From assembly GCA_964234715.1 (NCBI GenBank), contig OZ174278.1: 64,000 bases of DNA; one strand, 5' to 3'. This stretch comes from Podarcis melisellensis. Taxonomy: Eukaryota. Positions 10,688 through 24,290 of this stretch are shown piece by piece. The notes beneath the pieces are model-generated. The model saw only the letters and a list, made by a program, of their open reading frames with translations. It ran no database searches and was not told the origin of the DNA. Positions within the stretch are counted from its first letter, which is position 1. Each line of letters begins with the position of its first letter. The position numbers and the translations under genes are program-made.

Positions 10688-13600
10688 TACTTTTAATGAA
10701 TCGTCTCAGTTCCTGTAGATGATTATTTAAACTGGTATGACAAAAACAAATGAAAGGTTGCGCTCATTTTTATTCTGTCAACAGCATGAAACTAGAGACA
10801 AACATTTGGCTTTTAAAATAATCCTTTGAACTTGGCTATTCAAGAAATGAATTATTTGAACATGAATACTAATTGCTAAATTACTTACTTTCTAGAAATC
10901 TTTCTGATTCATGTTTTGGCTAGAAGTTTGTCTTACGGAGAAAATTGCTTTATTCAGGTACTGCTGGACTGGTTTAATATCCAATCTGCAGTCAAAGAAC
11001 AGGATGTGAACCTCCCCAGTTTTGAGAGTGTTTGATAGCTGACATGCAATGGTATTCATCAACTAGTTGTATCGGATAGATGACATGCAGTGGTATATAG
11101 TGTTTAACAACATATGATAATGATAGTATATAGCTTTTCATGTTTGGTGCCTGCTAAACCACAAACAATTCAGGGATGTCATTGAGTCCATACATGCTTT
11201 TGGCATGCACAGCTACTACAGAGGACCTTCTCAATTGTTTTGAGCAGTGTGCAGAACCAGTGAGTTGGCCATAAAGGAAAGTAGTTTTGAGGAAGGATAA
11301 TGGTCATTGGATACTTGTGCTTCTAATTCCTCACAATTAATGTAACGTTTGACAAGGGACTCATGGCTCTCATTTGAAGCCCCTCTTCAAACGTTACTTT
11401 AATTGCAGAGAATTAGAAGGATGATGTTTCTGCAAGCTGAGCAATTAGAGTAATATGAAAAGGCTCTTAGCATGGCTCCCTGTTTGACAGCATCTCTGAC
11501 ACAATCCTTAAATCAATGACAGGCTTCCAAAAGGCAGAAGAATATTTCATGTGGTAGAACAATTGTCTGGGAAATGTTGTAGAAAAACTATCAACTGCAC
11601 GAACCACCAGGAAATTATTAGGGCATAACAGTGAATTTACAAAAGCAGCAACTTTCGACATTTACATTTTTCTAAATATGCTTATTCTTGACTGTCATGG
11701 ACCAGTTCACACTTGATGACAGCCCCATCCAAGCACTTCAGAAGCATGTGGTGTCACACTCAGGGCGACAACATTTGTGTGGATTGGTACCTCCACATGG
11801 CAGGCGCTGCAACGTTCAAACAACTTTGATCACACAAATTGCTGCCTACATGGCCCCCGCATGGAGCTCATCTGCGCAGCGCCTCCCAGCCTAAAAAAAA
11901 TCAACGGGAAGGAACTATTTCAAAAAAATTCACATTTATAGAATGATTTTCTGCTTAAGAAGTTCTAAGTGTTTTACAAAAGAGAACAAGTACAAAGAAA
12001 GCACATTGACGCCTCTCAGATAAAATATAAGCAGCACAGCTCATAACTGGGAGCAGTGGCAGCAAAATCGCACCAGTTCAAAAGTCCAGTAGAATAAATC
12101 TGGTCCCGTCCACACCATACACAGCTTCCCCTAAAGAAATCTGGGAACGGTAGTTTAACTCACATACAGCTACAGTCCCCAGCACCCATAACTATCCACA
12201 GTTCTTAGGGGTCTTTGGGGAAAGCCATGTGCTTTAAATGTGTTTTGTGTGTGTGGTTCAGATGTGGTCACCATCTCTGCTCACTGAAAGGTGATGTCCG
12301 CACCCTACAAACCTCCAAAGGTAAGGCGTTCCACAGTCTGGGTGCCACTACTGAAAAAGCCCTGTCCCGAGACGGAGACTGGGAAAAAAGAGCAAGGCCT
12401 CAGTTTATTATCTCAATAAATGGCCAAGTTCAGATGGAAGACTGTGACCTACTGTTGAGGGGAGAAGGCTGGCCTCAATAAAGGAGAGGTGAAGATGCCA
12501 TGGTGAAACTAATTGCTTAGATTTTGAGCATGCTGATCAAAGAGGTATGATGTCCTGTGTTTTCATTTCATGTAGGGAAGAAACCTACATTTAGAATGTC
12601 AGGGAAAGGTATTCAAAGGTAAAATATCAAGTGAATAGCATGCATGTTGGCCTGTGGCTCTTCAGATGTCATTGGACTAGAGCTGCCATCATCTCTGACC
12701 ATTTGCCATGTAGACTGGGGCTTATGGGAGTAGGAGACCAGCAAAAACTGGAGGCCACAGGCTCCCCATCCCTGTGCTTAAATGATAAGCTGCAGTAGAC
12801 TGTTTTGGGAAAAGGGGAATCTGAGAATGGTCACCGGGAGTATAATCAGAAAGTATTTGGAAAATCTGACTGCAATTTTAGTAGTTATTCAGAGAGAAAA
12901 GAAAACGGATGCACATCCCTTCGATTACGAGGTTCCCTCCAGTATCGATTTGGAAAAAGCGTACGGCAAAGGCAGAAATGAGTGTGTCTGTGAGCTGAGT
13001 GCCATAGGCAGCCATGTAATTGTCGGGGATACAGGAAATCAGTGCATGTATTTATGTTTGTTTGCCCCAAACTGGGTGGTGATTTTGACCAGTGTGCAGG
13101 AAAAACAGAGCCTGCTCAATTTCTGGGGCAAAAGCAGAGGGGTTTTGCTTGTCAAAACTTAAAAGTGGTTTTTGAGACATGTCCATCATCCAGAAATCTC
13201 ATTCTTTTGCCCCTCCTGCTTTCCTCTATCTGGGCAAAGGGCAGGAATGAAAGTAAGTGATGAGGGAGAAAGGCTTAAAGTTGATTTCATCTAAAAAACC
13301 CATCTAAAAACCCAAACAGTTTTTTTCTATAACCTAATGAAAACTGAAAGTTTGGATTTTAGCCATTTCAATCCAGTCATATTCACTTAGCTTTAATCAA
13401 TGAGTTCCATCTAAAATGAGTTATGGACTAAGCTGCATGTGGACATTCTTTTTAAAAAGCTGACCCATATTTTCCTTTGTCTTAAGGGATGGAGCATGAA
13501 GGCCTTTAATAAAAAGAAACAATCATATTTCAGTGCTTTCTTGAGGTAAACTTAAAGGGTTGTACCTGCTGAGTAGAACCATTGAACTTAATGAACCTGA

Positions 13601-13892
13601 CTAACTTAGGCCCATTATTTTGAACAGGTTTACTCTGAGTAGCACTTGGCTGGCTAGATTAAATTTTATTGTTAAATGGTTTCACATTAATTATGATTCA
13701 CTAGTTTTAGGAATCGTACTCTGTTTTCAATACGTTGTTTAAGTATTTATCTTATTTTGCATGATATGTTACGTTTAAATTATAATGCTTGCAATCTAGG
13801 GAAAAGTGAAGCTTTGAACTCTCATTGATTTTGACTGGAACAATTAAAGTATGCGCTGTTAAAATTAAGCAGTTGCTTAAAACAGCTGTATA

Positions 13893-14081
13893 CAGGGGTG
13901 CCAACTTGAATAAAACATGGGGGGGAGGCAGGTAAGCCCCTCCCTGCATAATTGATCACATGATGCAGTGCATGCACAACATTTGAATGGCCGTGCCCAT
14001 CAACTTTGGTGGGGCCCAGCCCCTCTAATATTTTATTGTGGGGGCCAAAGCTCCCACAGCCCCTAGGAGTTGACTCCTATG
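13893..14081. mobile_element. hAT-type MITE (duplicated at 18226-18414)
   Basis: TIR-like ends CAGGGGTGCCAACT / AGTTGACTCCTATG. 8-bp flanks GCTGTATA / GCTACATA. Confidence 0.6.
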
Positions 14082-14208
14082 GCTACATATTCCTGCATTG
14101 CAAGGGGTTGAATTAGATTATCCCAATGGTACCTTCCAGCTCTACAATTCTGTTTCTGAGTCTATAAATTGAAATCAATGGGAATTCAGCGAGCTTAACG
14201 TTACCTAG

Positions 14209-14731
14209 ACAGCATCTTAAACCTAGACAGCATCTTAAAAAACAGAGACATCACCTTGCCAACAAAGGTCCGTATAGTAAAAGCTATGGTTTTCCCAGTA
14301 GTGATGTATGGAAGTGAGAGCTGGACCATAAAGAAGGCTGATCGCCGAAGAATTGATGCTTTTGAATTCTGGTGCTGGAGGAGACTCTTGAGAGTCCCAT
14401 GGACTGCAAGAAGATCAAACCTATCCATATTTAGGGAAACCAGCCCTGAGTGCTCACTAGAAGGACAGATCGTAAAGCTGAGGCTCCAATACTTTGGCCA
14501 CCTCATGAGAAGAGAAGACTCCCTGGAAAAGATCCTGATGCTGGGGAAGATGGAGGGCACAAGGAGAAGGGGACGGCAGAGGACGAGATGGTTGGACAGT
14601 GTTCTCGAAGCTACCAGCATGAGTTTGACTAAACTGCGGGAGGCAGTGGAAGACAGAAGTGCCTGGCGTGCTCTGGTCCATGGGGTCATGAAGAGTCGGA
14701 CACAACTAAATGACTAAACAACAACAACAAC
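14209..14731 (+). mobile_element. BovB LINE 3' fragment with uninterrupted RT C-terminal frame (14256-14717)
   Basis: Frame 'PTKVRIVKAMVFPVVMYGSESWTIKKADRRRIDAFE...' and (CAA)n tail. 12-bp TSD AACGTTACCTAG at 14197-14208 and 14732-14743. Confidence 0.96.
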
Positions 14732-15191
14732 AACGTTACCTAGGTGGTGCCCAAAGTCCAGAAGTCCTTTGAACATTTCTGATCCTTCATGCCAACTCTG
14801 CGTTATCTCACAGGATAGCGGGACAAACTTTTTGGACTAAATTATGGGCCAAGTGGATTGGACCTTAAAGTGCTCTCTCTTACAGTCTTACAGTGCCGCA
14901 TTTAGGGTGCTGCAGATGGTTCCCCCACACAGGGTGTCAAGCCGAGGGGGTTCAAAATTGAGAAGATCCACAATTGAGAAGATCCATTTGAAGGCACCAA
15001 ATTTTGGCCTCACACAGGGCACCATATTTCAAAAGATTACCGAAGTCTGACCCTGACCTGAGTGCCAGTTTCACTAAACTCAATGGGATTTACTTCAGAA
15101 TAAGAGACACATCAGATTGCATTCATTATTTTATAATGACAATTGTATGACTTCACTCTGTGTATGTTTAAACTGATTTCAAACTGTTTCA

Positions 15192-18100
15192 AACATGAAT
15201 ACTAATTGCTAAATTACTTACTTTCTAGAAATCTTTCTGATTCATGTTTTGGCTAGAAGTTTGTCTTACGGAGAAAATTGCTTTATTCAGGTACTGCTGG
15301 ACTGGTTTAATATCCAATCTGCAGTCAAAGAACAGGATGTGAACCTCCCCAGTTTTGAGAGTGTTTGATAGCTGACATGCAATGGTATTCATCAACTAGT
15401 TGTATCGGATAGATGACATGCAGTGGTATATAGTGTTTAACAACATATGATAATGATAGTATATAGCTTTTCATGTTTGGTGCCTGCTAAACCACAAACA
15501 ATTCAGGGATGTCATTGAGTCCATACATGCTTTTGGCATGCACAGCTACTACAGAGGACCTTCTCAATTGTTTTGAGCAGTGTGCAGAACCAGTGAGTTG
15601 GCCATAAAGGAAAGTAGTTTTGAGGAAGGATAATGGTCATTGGATACTTGTGCTTCTAATTCCTCACAATTAATGTAACGTTTGACAAGGGACTCATGGC
15701 TCTCATTTGAAGCCCCTCTTCAAACGTTACTTTAATTGCAGAGAATTAGAAGGATGATGTTTCTGCAAGCTGAGCAATTAGAGTAATATGAAAAGGCTCT
15801 TAGCATGGCTCCCTGTTTGACAGCATCTCTGACACAATCCTTAAATCAATGACAGGCTTCCAAAAGGCAGAAGAATATTTCATGTGGTAGAACAATTGTC
15901 TGGGAAATGTTGTAGAAAAACTATCAACTGCACGAACCACCAGGAAATTATTAGGGCATAACAGTGAATTTACAAAAGCAGCAACTTTCGACATTTACAT
16001 TTTTCTAAATATGCTTATTCTTGACTGTCATGGACCAGTTCACACTTGATGACAGCCCCATCCAAGCACTTCAGAAGCATGTGGTGTCACACTCAGGGCG
16101 ACAACATTTGTGTGGATTGGTACCTCCACATGGCAGGCGCTGCAACGTTCAAACAACTTTGATCACACAAATTGCTGCCTACATGGCCCCCGCATGGAGC
16201 TCATCTGCGCAGCGCCTCCCAGCCTAAAAAAAATCAACGGGAAGGAACTATTTCAAAAAAATTCACATTTATAGAATGATTTTCTGCTTAAGAAGTTCTA
16301 AGTGTTTTACAAAAGAGAACAAGTACAAAGAAAGCACATTGACGCCTCTCAGATAAAATATAAGCAGCACAGCTCATAACTGGGAGCAGTGGCAGCAAAA
16401 TCGCACCAGTTCAAAAGTCCAGTAGAATAAATCTGGTCCCGTCCACACCATACACAGCTTCCCCTAAAGAAATCTGGGAACGGTAGTTTAACTCACATAC
16501 AGCTACAGTCCCCAGCACCCATAACTATCCACAGTTCTTAGGGGTCTTTGGGGAAAGCCATGTGCTTTAAATGTGTTTTGTGTGTGTGGTTCAGATGTGG
16601 TCACCATCTCTGCTCACTGAAAGGTGATGTCCGCACCCTACAAACCTCCAAAGGTAAGGCGTTCCACAGTCTGGGTGCCACTACTGAAAAAGCCCTGTCC
16701 CGAGACGGAGACTGGGAAAAAAGAGCAAGGCCTCAGTTTATTATCTCAATAAATGGCCAAGTTCAGATGGAAGACTGTGACCTACTGTTGAGGGGAGAAG
16801 GCTGGCCTCAATAAAGGAGAGGTGAAGATGCCATGGTGAAACTAATTGCTTAGATTTTGAGCATGCTGATCAAAGAGGTATGATGTCCTGTGTTTTCATT
16901 TCATGTAGGGAAGAAACCTACATTTAGAATGTCAGGGAAAGGTATTCAAAGGTAAAATATCAAGTGAATAGCATGCATGTTGGCCTGTGGCTCTTCAGAT
17001 GTCATTGGACTAGAGCTGCCATCATCTCTGACCATTTGCCATGTAGACTGGGGCTTATGGGAGTAGGAGACCAGCAAAAACTGGAGGCCACAGGCTCCCC
17101 ATCCCTGTGCTTAAATGATAAGCTGCAGTAGACTGTTTTGGGAAAAGGGGAATCTGAGAATGGTCACCGGGAGTATAATCAGAAAGTATTTGGAAAATCT
17201 GACTGCAATTTTAGTAGTTATTCAGAGAGAAAAGAAAACGGATGCACATCCCTTCGATTACGAGGTTCCCTCCAGTATCGATTTGGAAAAAGCGTACGGC
17301 AAAGGCAGAAATGAGTGTGTCTGTGAGCTGAGTGCCATAGGCAGCCATGTAATTGTCGGGGATACAGGAAATCAGTGCATGTATTTATGTTTGTTTGCCC
17401 CAAACTGGGTGGTGATTTTGACCAGTGTGCAGGAAAAACAGAGCCTGCTCAATTTCTGGGGCAAAAGCAGAGGGGTTTTGCTTGTCAAAACTTAAAAGTG
17501 GTTTTTGAGACATGTCCATCATCCAGAAATCTCATTCTTTTGCCCCTCCTGCTTTCCTCTATCTGGGCAAAGGGCAGGAATGAAAGTAAGTGATGAGGGA
17601 GAAAGGCTTAAAGTTGATTTCATCTAAAAAACCCATCTAAAAACCCAAACAGTTTTTTTCTATAACCTAATGAAAACTGAAAGTTTGGATTTTAGCCATT
17701 TCAATCCAGTCATATTCACTTAGCTTTAATCAATGAGTTCCATCTAAAATGAGTTATGGACTAAGCTGCATGTGGACATTCTTTTTAAAAAGCTGACCCA
17801 TATTTTCCTTTGTCTTAAGGGATGGAGCATGAAGGCCTTTAATAAAAAGAAACAATCATATTTCAGTGCTTTCTTGAGGTAAACTTAAAGGGTTGTACCT
17901 GCTGAGTAGAACCATTGAACTTAATGAACCTGACTAACTTAGGCCCATTATTTTGAACAGGTTTACTCTGAGTAGCACTTGGCTGGCTAGATTAAATTTT
18001 ATTGTTAAATGGTTTCACATTAATTATGATTCACTAGTTTTAGGAATCGTACTCTGTTTTCAATACGTTGTTTAAGTATTTATCTTATTTTGCATGATAT

Positions 18101-19517
18101 GTTACGTTTAAATTATAATGCTTGCAATCTAGGGAAAAGTGAAGCTTTGAACTCTCATTGATTTTGACTGGAACAATTAAAGTATGCGCTGTTAAAATTA
18201 AGCAGTTGCTTAAAACAGCTGTATACAGGGGTGCCAACTTGAATAAAACATGGGGGGGAGGCAGGTAAGCCCCTCCCTGCATAATTGATCACATGATGCA
18301 GTGCATGCACAACATTTGAATGGCCGTGCCCATCAACTTTGGTGGGGCCCAGCCCCTCTAATATTTTATTGTGGGGGCCAAAGCTCCCACAGCCCCTAGG
18401 AGTTGACTCCTATGGCTACATATTCCTGCATTGCAAGGGGTTGAATTAGATTATCCCAATGGTACCTTCCAGCTCTACAATTCTGTTTCTGAGTCTATAA
18501 ATTGAAATCAATGGGAATTCAGCGAGCTTAACGTTACCTAGACAGCATCTTAAACCTAGACAGCATCTTAAAAAACAGAGACATCACCTTGCCAACAAAG
18601 GTCCGTATAGTAAAAGCTATGGTTTTCCCAGTAGTGATGTATGGAAGTGAGAGCTGGACCATAAAGAAGGCTGATCGCCGAAGAATTGATGCTTTTGAAT
18701 TCTGGTGCTGGAGGAGACTCTTGAGAGTCCCATGGACTGCAAGAAGATCAAACCTATCCATATTTAGGGAAACCAGCCCTGAGTGCTCACTAGAAGGACA
18801 GATCGTAAAGCTGAGGCTCCAATACTTTGGCCACCTCATGAGAAGAGAAGACTCCCTGGAAAAGATCCTGATGCTGGGGAAGATGGAGGGCACAAGGAGA
18901 AGGGGACGGCAGAGGACGAGATGGTTGGACAGTGTTCTCGAAGCTACCAGCATGAGTTTGACTAAACTGCGGGAGGCAGTGGAAGACAGAAGTGCCTGGC
19001 GTGCTCTGGTCCATGGGGTCATGAAGAGTCGGACACAACTAAATGACTAAACAACAACAACAACAACGTTACCTAGGTGGTGCCCAAAGTCCAGAAGTCC
19101 TTTGAACATTTCTGATCCTTCATGCCAACTCTGCGTTATCTCACAGGATAGCGGGACAAACTTTTTGGACTAAATTATGGGCCAAGTGGATTGGACCTTA
19201 AAGTGCTCTCTCTTACAGTCTTACAGTGCCGCATTTAGGGTGCTGCAGATGGTTCCCCCACACAGGGTGTCAAGCCGAGGGGGTTCAAAATTGAGAAGAT
19301 CCACAATTGAGAAGATCCATTTGAAGGCACCAAATTTTGGCCTCACACAGGGCACCATATTTCAAAAGATTACCGAAGTCTGACCCTGACCTGAGTGCCA
19401 GTTTCACTAAACTCAATGGGATTTACTTCAGAATAAGAGACACATCAGATTGCATTCATTATTTTATAATGACAATTGTATGACTTCACTCTGTGTATGT
19501 TTAAACTGATTTCAAAC
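15192..19517 (+). repeat. Tandem duplication, copy 2 (4326 bp)
   Basis: Matches 10859-15184. Separated from copy 1 by 7 nt (TGTTTCA, 15185-15191). Confidence 0.97.
18542..19064 (+). mobile_element. BovB LINE 3' fragment (copy within the tandem duplication)
   Basis: Identical to 14209-14731, including the TSD. Confidence 0.96.
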
Positions 19518-19895
19518 AGAACATTTTTTTGATGCCTAAATCTTAAAAGGCAAGGGAAAAGAAGGTATAATGAATATAAATCAGAAAGCAAAATATATTT
19601 TGGCTAATAGCACAACATGCCACAATACGTGAAAGGCAGGAGAACAAGAAAGAGGAGACCTACATTGCAACTGCTGCTAAATAAACTGATACGGTTTATT
19701 TTGCATAATGCCTATGTTGCTTGCAATTTAATATAGGTCTAAAGTATTATATGGATGTTTAGCTTATTTAAATTTTTTTTTTTCATTATTTGCTATATTA
19801 GGAGACTGGGGACATGAAGACATAATTATTACAACTCTTGTGATATCGAATCGCCACAATATAAAAGTATATATTCTGCTGAACTTGTCTTGCAC

Positions 19896-20284
19896 NNNNN
19901 NNNNNNNNNNNNNNNNNNNNNNNNNNNNNNNNNNNNNNNNNNNNNNNNNNNNNNNNNNNNNNNNNNNNNNNNNNNNNNNNNNNNNNNNNNNNNNNNNNNN
20001 NNNNNNNNNNNNNNNNNNNNNNNNNNNNNNNNNNNNNNNNNNNNNNNNNNNNNNNNNNNNNNNNNNNNNNNNNNNNNNNNNNNNNNNNNNNNNNNNNNNN
20101 NNNNNNNNNNNNNNNNNNNNNNNNNNNNNNNNNNNNNNNNNNNNNNNNNNNNNNNNNNNNNNNNNNNNNNNNNNNNNNNNNNNNNNNNNNNNNNNNNNNN
20201 NNNNNNNNNNNNNNNNNNNNNNNNNNNNNNNNNNNNNNNNNNNNNNNNNNNNNNNNNNNNNNNNNNNNNNNNNNNNNNNNNNNN
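19896..20284. other. Assembly gap (N run)
   Basis: Run of N. Confidence 1.
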
Positions 20285-20626
20285 GATCTAGGTCTTTTGC
20301 AATGCGACTGATATAATAACCCTGAAACAGAAAATGTAGAGAAAGGGCATAATCCATAAGGGGACGACATAGCTTTCATTGTTTATTGTTGCTCGCTTGG
20401 GGCAAATGGAGCTGTGATTTCTGGCTTGCTAACTTATTCTCATCAGAGCAAAACAAACTTTGACTTTAAATTCCTTCCAGAGCTTAAATTATATTTTCAG
20501 TTTTCAGAAAATTGGTGGAGGTTTGTCTTGAATACCTCAGAACAGATATCATTCCTTTATTACATCTATCCTATAATAGGCTAATATTCTTTTAAAACTG
20601 TGTCTTTAGTATTTTAACTGCTGATA

Positions 20627-20867
20627 CAGTGGTACCTCAGTTTACGAACTTAATCCGTTCCGGAAGTCTGTTCTTAAACCAAATCCGTTCTTAAACCGAG
20701 GCGTGCTTTCCCTAATGAGGCCTCCCGCCGCTGGTACCCTTCCACTGTTCGGATTCCATTCATAGACTAAGGTAAAGTTCACAAACTGGAACACTGCTTC
20801 TGGTTTTGCAGGGTTCATAAACCGAATAGTTCGTAAACAGGACTGTTCGTAAACCAAGGTACCACTG
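20627..20867. mobile_element. Tc1/mariner (Tigger-like) MITE
   Basis: TIRs CAGTGGTACCT...AGGTACCACTG with a TA duplication on both sides. Confidence 0.9.
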
Positions 20868-21173
20868 TATTTGCTTTGATTATGAAAAATGTTATTGACA
20901 TGTCTTTTAATAAACGAATATTTAGGATTGTAATAAAATAGTGGCAGAGAACCTGTGGCTCTTCAGGTGTTGTGGGATTCCAACGCCCATCTGCCCCAGA
21001 GACAAGTCCAGTGGTCAGGAATGATGGAATGATGGAAACTGGAGTTCAGCAACATTGGTAGGGAAAATGTCTCCCCCCCCCCCATAATAAAACATAGAGG
21101 GAAACATTAGCACTTCTGACCACTTCTGAGACCATCACCTCTCAAATGGATTCTCATGTGCCCATGATACATA

Positions 21174-21531
21174 AAGGTAAAGGTAAAGGGACCCCTGACC
21201 GTTAGGTCCAGTCGCGGATGACTCTGGGGTTGTGGTGCTCATCTTGCTTTATTGGCTGAGGAAGCCAGCGTACAGCTTCTGGGTCATGTGGCCAGCATGA
21301 CTAAGCCGCTTCTGGTGAACCAGAGCAGCGCACAGAAACGCCATTTACCTTCCCACCGAAGTGGTACTTATTTATCTACTTGCACTTTGTCATGTTTTTG
21401 AACTGCTAGGTTGGCAGGAGCTGGGAGCGAGCAACGGGAATTCACCCCATCGCAGGGATTTGAACTGCTGGCCTTCTGATTGGCAAGCCCTAGGCTCTGT
21501 GGTTCAACCCACAGTGCCACCCGCGTCCCCA
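21174..21531 (-). mobile_element. Full-length Sauria SINE
   Basis: Head GGGACGCGGGTGGC on the minus strand, (ACCTTT)n tail. 15-bp TSD TGCCCATGATACATA at 21159-21173 and 21532-21546. Confidence 0.95.
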
Positions 21532-22791
21532 TGCCCATGATACATAGTGACCTATTAAAAAACAAACAAACTTGCATACGGAGAAAGCCACACAGTGCGC
21601 CATTGACTCATGAGGCCACTAATGGAATGGCGGTTACGAATGCTGTTGAGCAACTTCACCTGTAGAGAGCAGCATTCAGAGACCGGCTACAAAGGACTTA
21701 AGTAAACTGTGACTGAAACATGTTGGTCACGCCTAGTGAGAGTGTCCTCTATGCTAACAAAACTCAGACTGTAACTTGGGTAAGGCCAGGTCAAGACATT
21801 TTGGACACAAACAGCTGGAATTTCGCAGTTGAATTCTCCATTGGTTGGACTAAAATACACACCACATGTGCGCATACCAGTGATGTGTATCATTTTTGAT
21901 TTGTAATATTGGGTTAAAATGTAACTGCTTATTGTTCATCACTTAAGTGGGAGGGATTGTGGGAATGATTCAGAATCTTTCAATCCCACCCCCCTTGCCC
22001 AAATGTGCTACATATTTGGAAAGAATAAATTTAACTTTATCCCAAGTCACTACTAAATTGGCTATAAAAACAAAGCTAGTATGTAGATGAATTGATACCA
22101 TTAGAAGCCGAGTGACAGCAGGGGATTGAAAAATCTCTTCTGCTCTCCTGTGCCATAATTTAAGGAATCCTTCAAGGAATATGTAAAGCTAGTGCCATAT
22201 AGTATTTTGCAGGGAGGTATAATTAAGGGTGAAGAGGGACTTCCTGTTTTTTAATTCACAGCAGATTCTGCATCTTTGGTGTGAACCCAACTTTCCCCCA
22301 AATTCTCAATTTGCATGAAAAATGCACATTTTTATCAAACTGAATACTGTCAGCTGCCAGTCTTGCTTCTTGCTCATTTTTCAGGTGACTTCTTTTAAAA
22401 AATCACCGCTGTATGCATGCTTCTCTCTGTGTACATTTACCTTTGACTTCTTCTTTTTTTAAAAAAAAAAAAAGCAAAAACATTTCAAAGGCAAATGGGA
22501 AACGATTCAGGAGATAGGAGAAGTGTTTTGGTGATGTTGGCCATAGCCTGCTTTTGCAAACTTGCAGAACCATTTCCCCCTCTTGTACTGAGCCAAAAGT
22601 TTAGTTAGAACTATTTCAGTAAAAATCGAGGCTGTTGTGGATAGGGAAAGGGAACAGGGATGGGTAAAAGAAGAAAACCCCCCAGTAATGTTAAAGGAAA
22701 AGAATTTGATTAATGTGGGGAGGGCTTACGCAAAACGTGTTGACACACTATGATGTGCTGCCTTGCTGCTACTACTTCCCCCTTCAACATA

Positions 22792-23051
22792 CCGTATTTT
22801 CGGCTCTATAAGACGCACCAGACCACAAGACGCACCTAGTTTTTGGAGGAGGAAAACAAGAAGAAGAAAAATTCTGAATCTCAGAAGCCAGGAGAGCAAG
22901 AGGGATCGCTGCGCAGTGAAAGCAGCAATCCCTCTTGCTGTTCTGGCTTCTGGGATAGCTGCGCAGCCTGCATTCGCTCTATAAGACGCACACACATTTC
23001 CCCTTACTTTTCAGGAGGGAAAAAGTGAGTCTTATAGAGCAAAAAATACGG
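22792..23051. mobile_element. Tc1/mariner (pogo/Tc2-like) MITE
   Basis: TIRs CCGTATTTT..GCTCTATAAGAC / GTCTTATAGAGC..AAAATACGG, TA TSD, and a central hairpin (cagaagccag..agcaagagggat / atccctcttgct..ctggcttctg). Confidence 0.9.
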
Positions 23052-23859
23052 TAGTTTTCTGGGACACCATCCCCCTAAAATGCCCCAGGAATTATATTAT
23101 ATCAGGATTAGAGAGGGGGGAGAAATTTGATTCCGTTCACATTTAAAGACAAACCTACCAAACTCATACTTTCAAAACAGAACATAGTCGTTCTTTGAAA
23201 TTCACAAGTCTTCTGATTTTGCAGGGCCAGGAAATGTGTACAGAAATTCATATGCTGTGTCCATTAAAATGGATATTTTGGTGAAAATAACATTATTTTA
23301 GAAGGAGTCACTTTGCAAGAAGTTTTATATTAGGCAAACATTTATACATGCGGGTGTATATTAGGATAAATTTTCATGTGGAGTTTTTCTTTCTTTTTTG
23401 GGGGAAAAAAATCACCAACAGATATGGAAAACTAAATTTAAGTTTGGAAAAGTGAAAAATTGGGAGAATGTGAAACTGACATATTCACTCATCCCAAGTT
23501 AGGATATAGCACTGATCCAAGTGAGACATTGTTGGGGAATAAGAATACCACCCGGCTTCAGTAGCCACTCTATTGATACTTTCAAAGGCAGAAAAACTAC
23601 ATTTAAAAGTGAGGGCACTCTTGATGTTGAAATATAGTTGAAATAGCCCCCAAATTCAACAGGTGATGAACTGTAGCTGCCAACTTACATAGCTGTAGCT
23701 GTTAGAGCTTACTTTCTTTCAGAGACTGGTCCTGGTGATAACAAGATACATTTGTGTTAATGAGGGCACTTCAAAACTTGCACAACTACTCTAAAAATGA
23801 AAGATTACCTCTTTGCTCACCTTATGCACAGCTAGCGCATGAATCCATATCCCACTGGA

Positions 23860-24290
23860 GTTAGCTGGAAGACAAGCAATTATTTCAGTGTGTTTATATC
23901 CAGAACGCTAATAGCTGAGGAATCTAATCAAGTGTTAATTCTCTGCTTTGAATGAAATGTAAGCCATGGAATAGACAACGGATCTTGCAATTAAGGTGAA
24001 ACTAACCGGCCACCTCTGTCAACAATGCCCTGATAAAGATTTTAAGTCCCCGAAACATGTGGGCATTTTTAATGCTGAAGTGTATTTTAATCACAGTTTA
24101 ATCAGCATTAACAGTGATTACCTATTTATCAAATATCAATTTCGCTACAAAGCTTGCGGAAATTCTCCCTACACTGGTGATTCACAACTGTGCTCGGATT
24201 GCAGTGATAAAAATTAATCACATATCTTTATTTTTCATGCATGCTGAGGAATCAACATAAAACAAATGAATATCAATTTAAGCTCATGTC
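23860..24290. promoter_or_regulatory. Candidate conserved non-coding element / enhancer
   Basis: Unique AT-rich block with repeated TAATCA, AACAAT, TGTCAA and TGATAA motifs and retained CpGs. Conservation not tested. Confidence 0.4.

Larger units (their letters stand above)
10859..15184 (+). repeat. Tandem duplication, copy 1 (4326 bp)
   Basis: Repeated at offset +4333. All ORFs in the track recur with identical translations. Confidence 0.97.
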
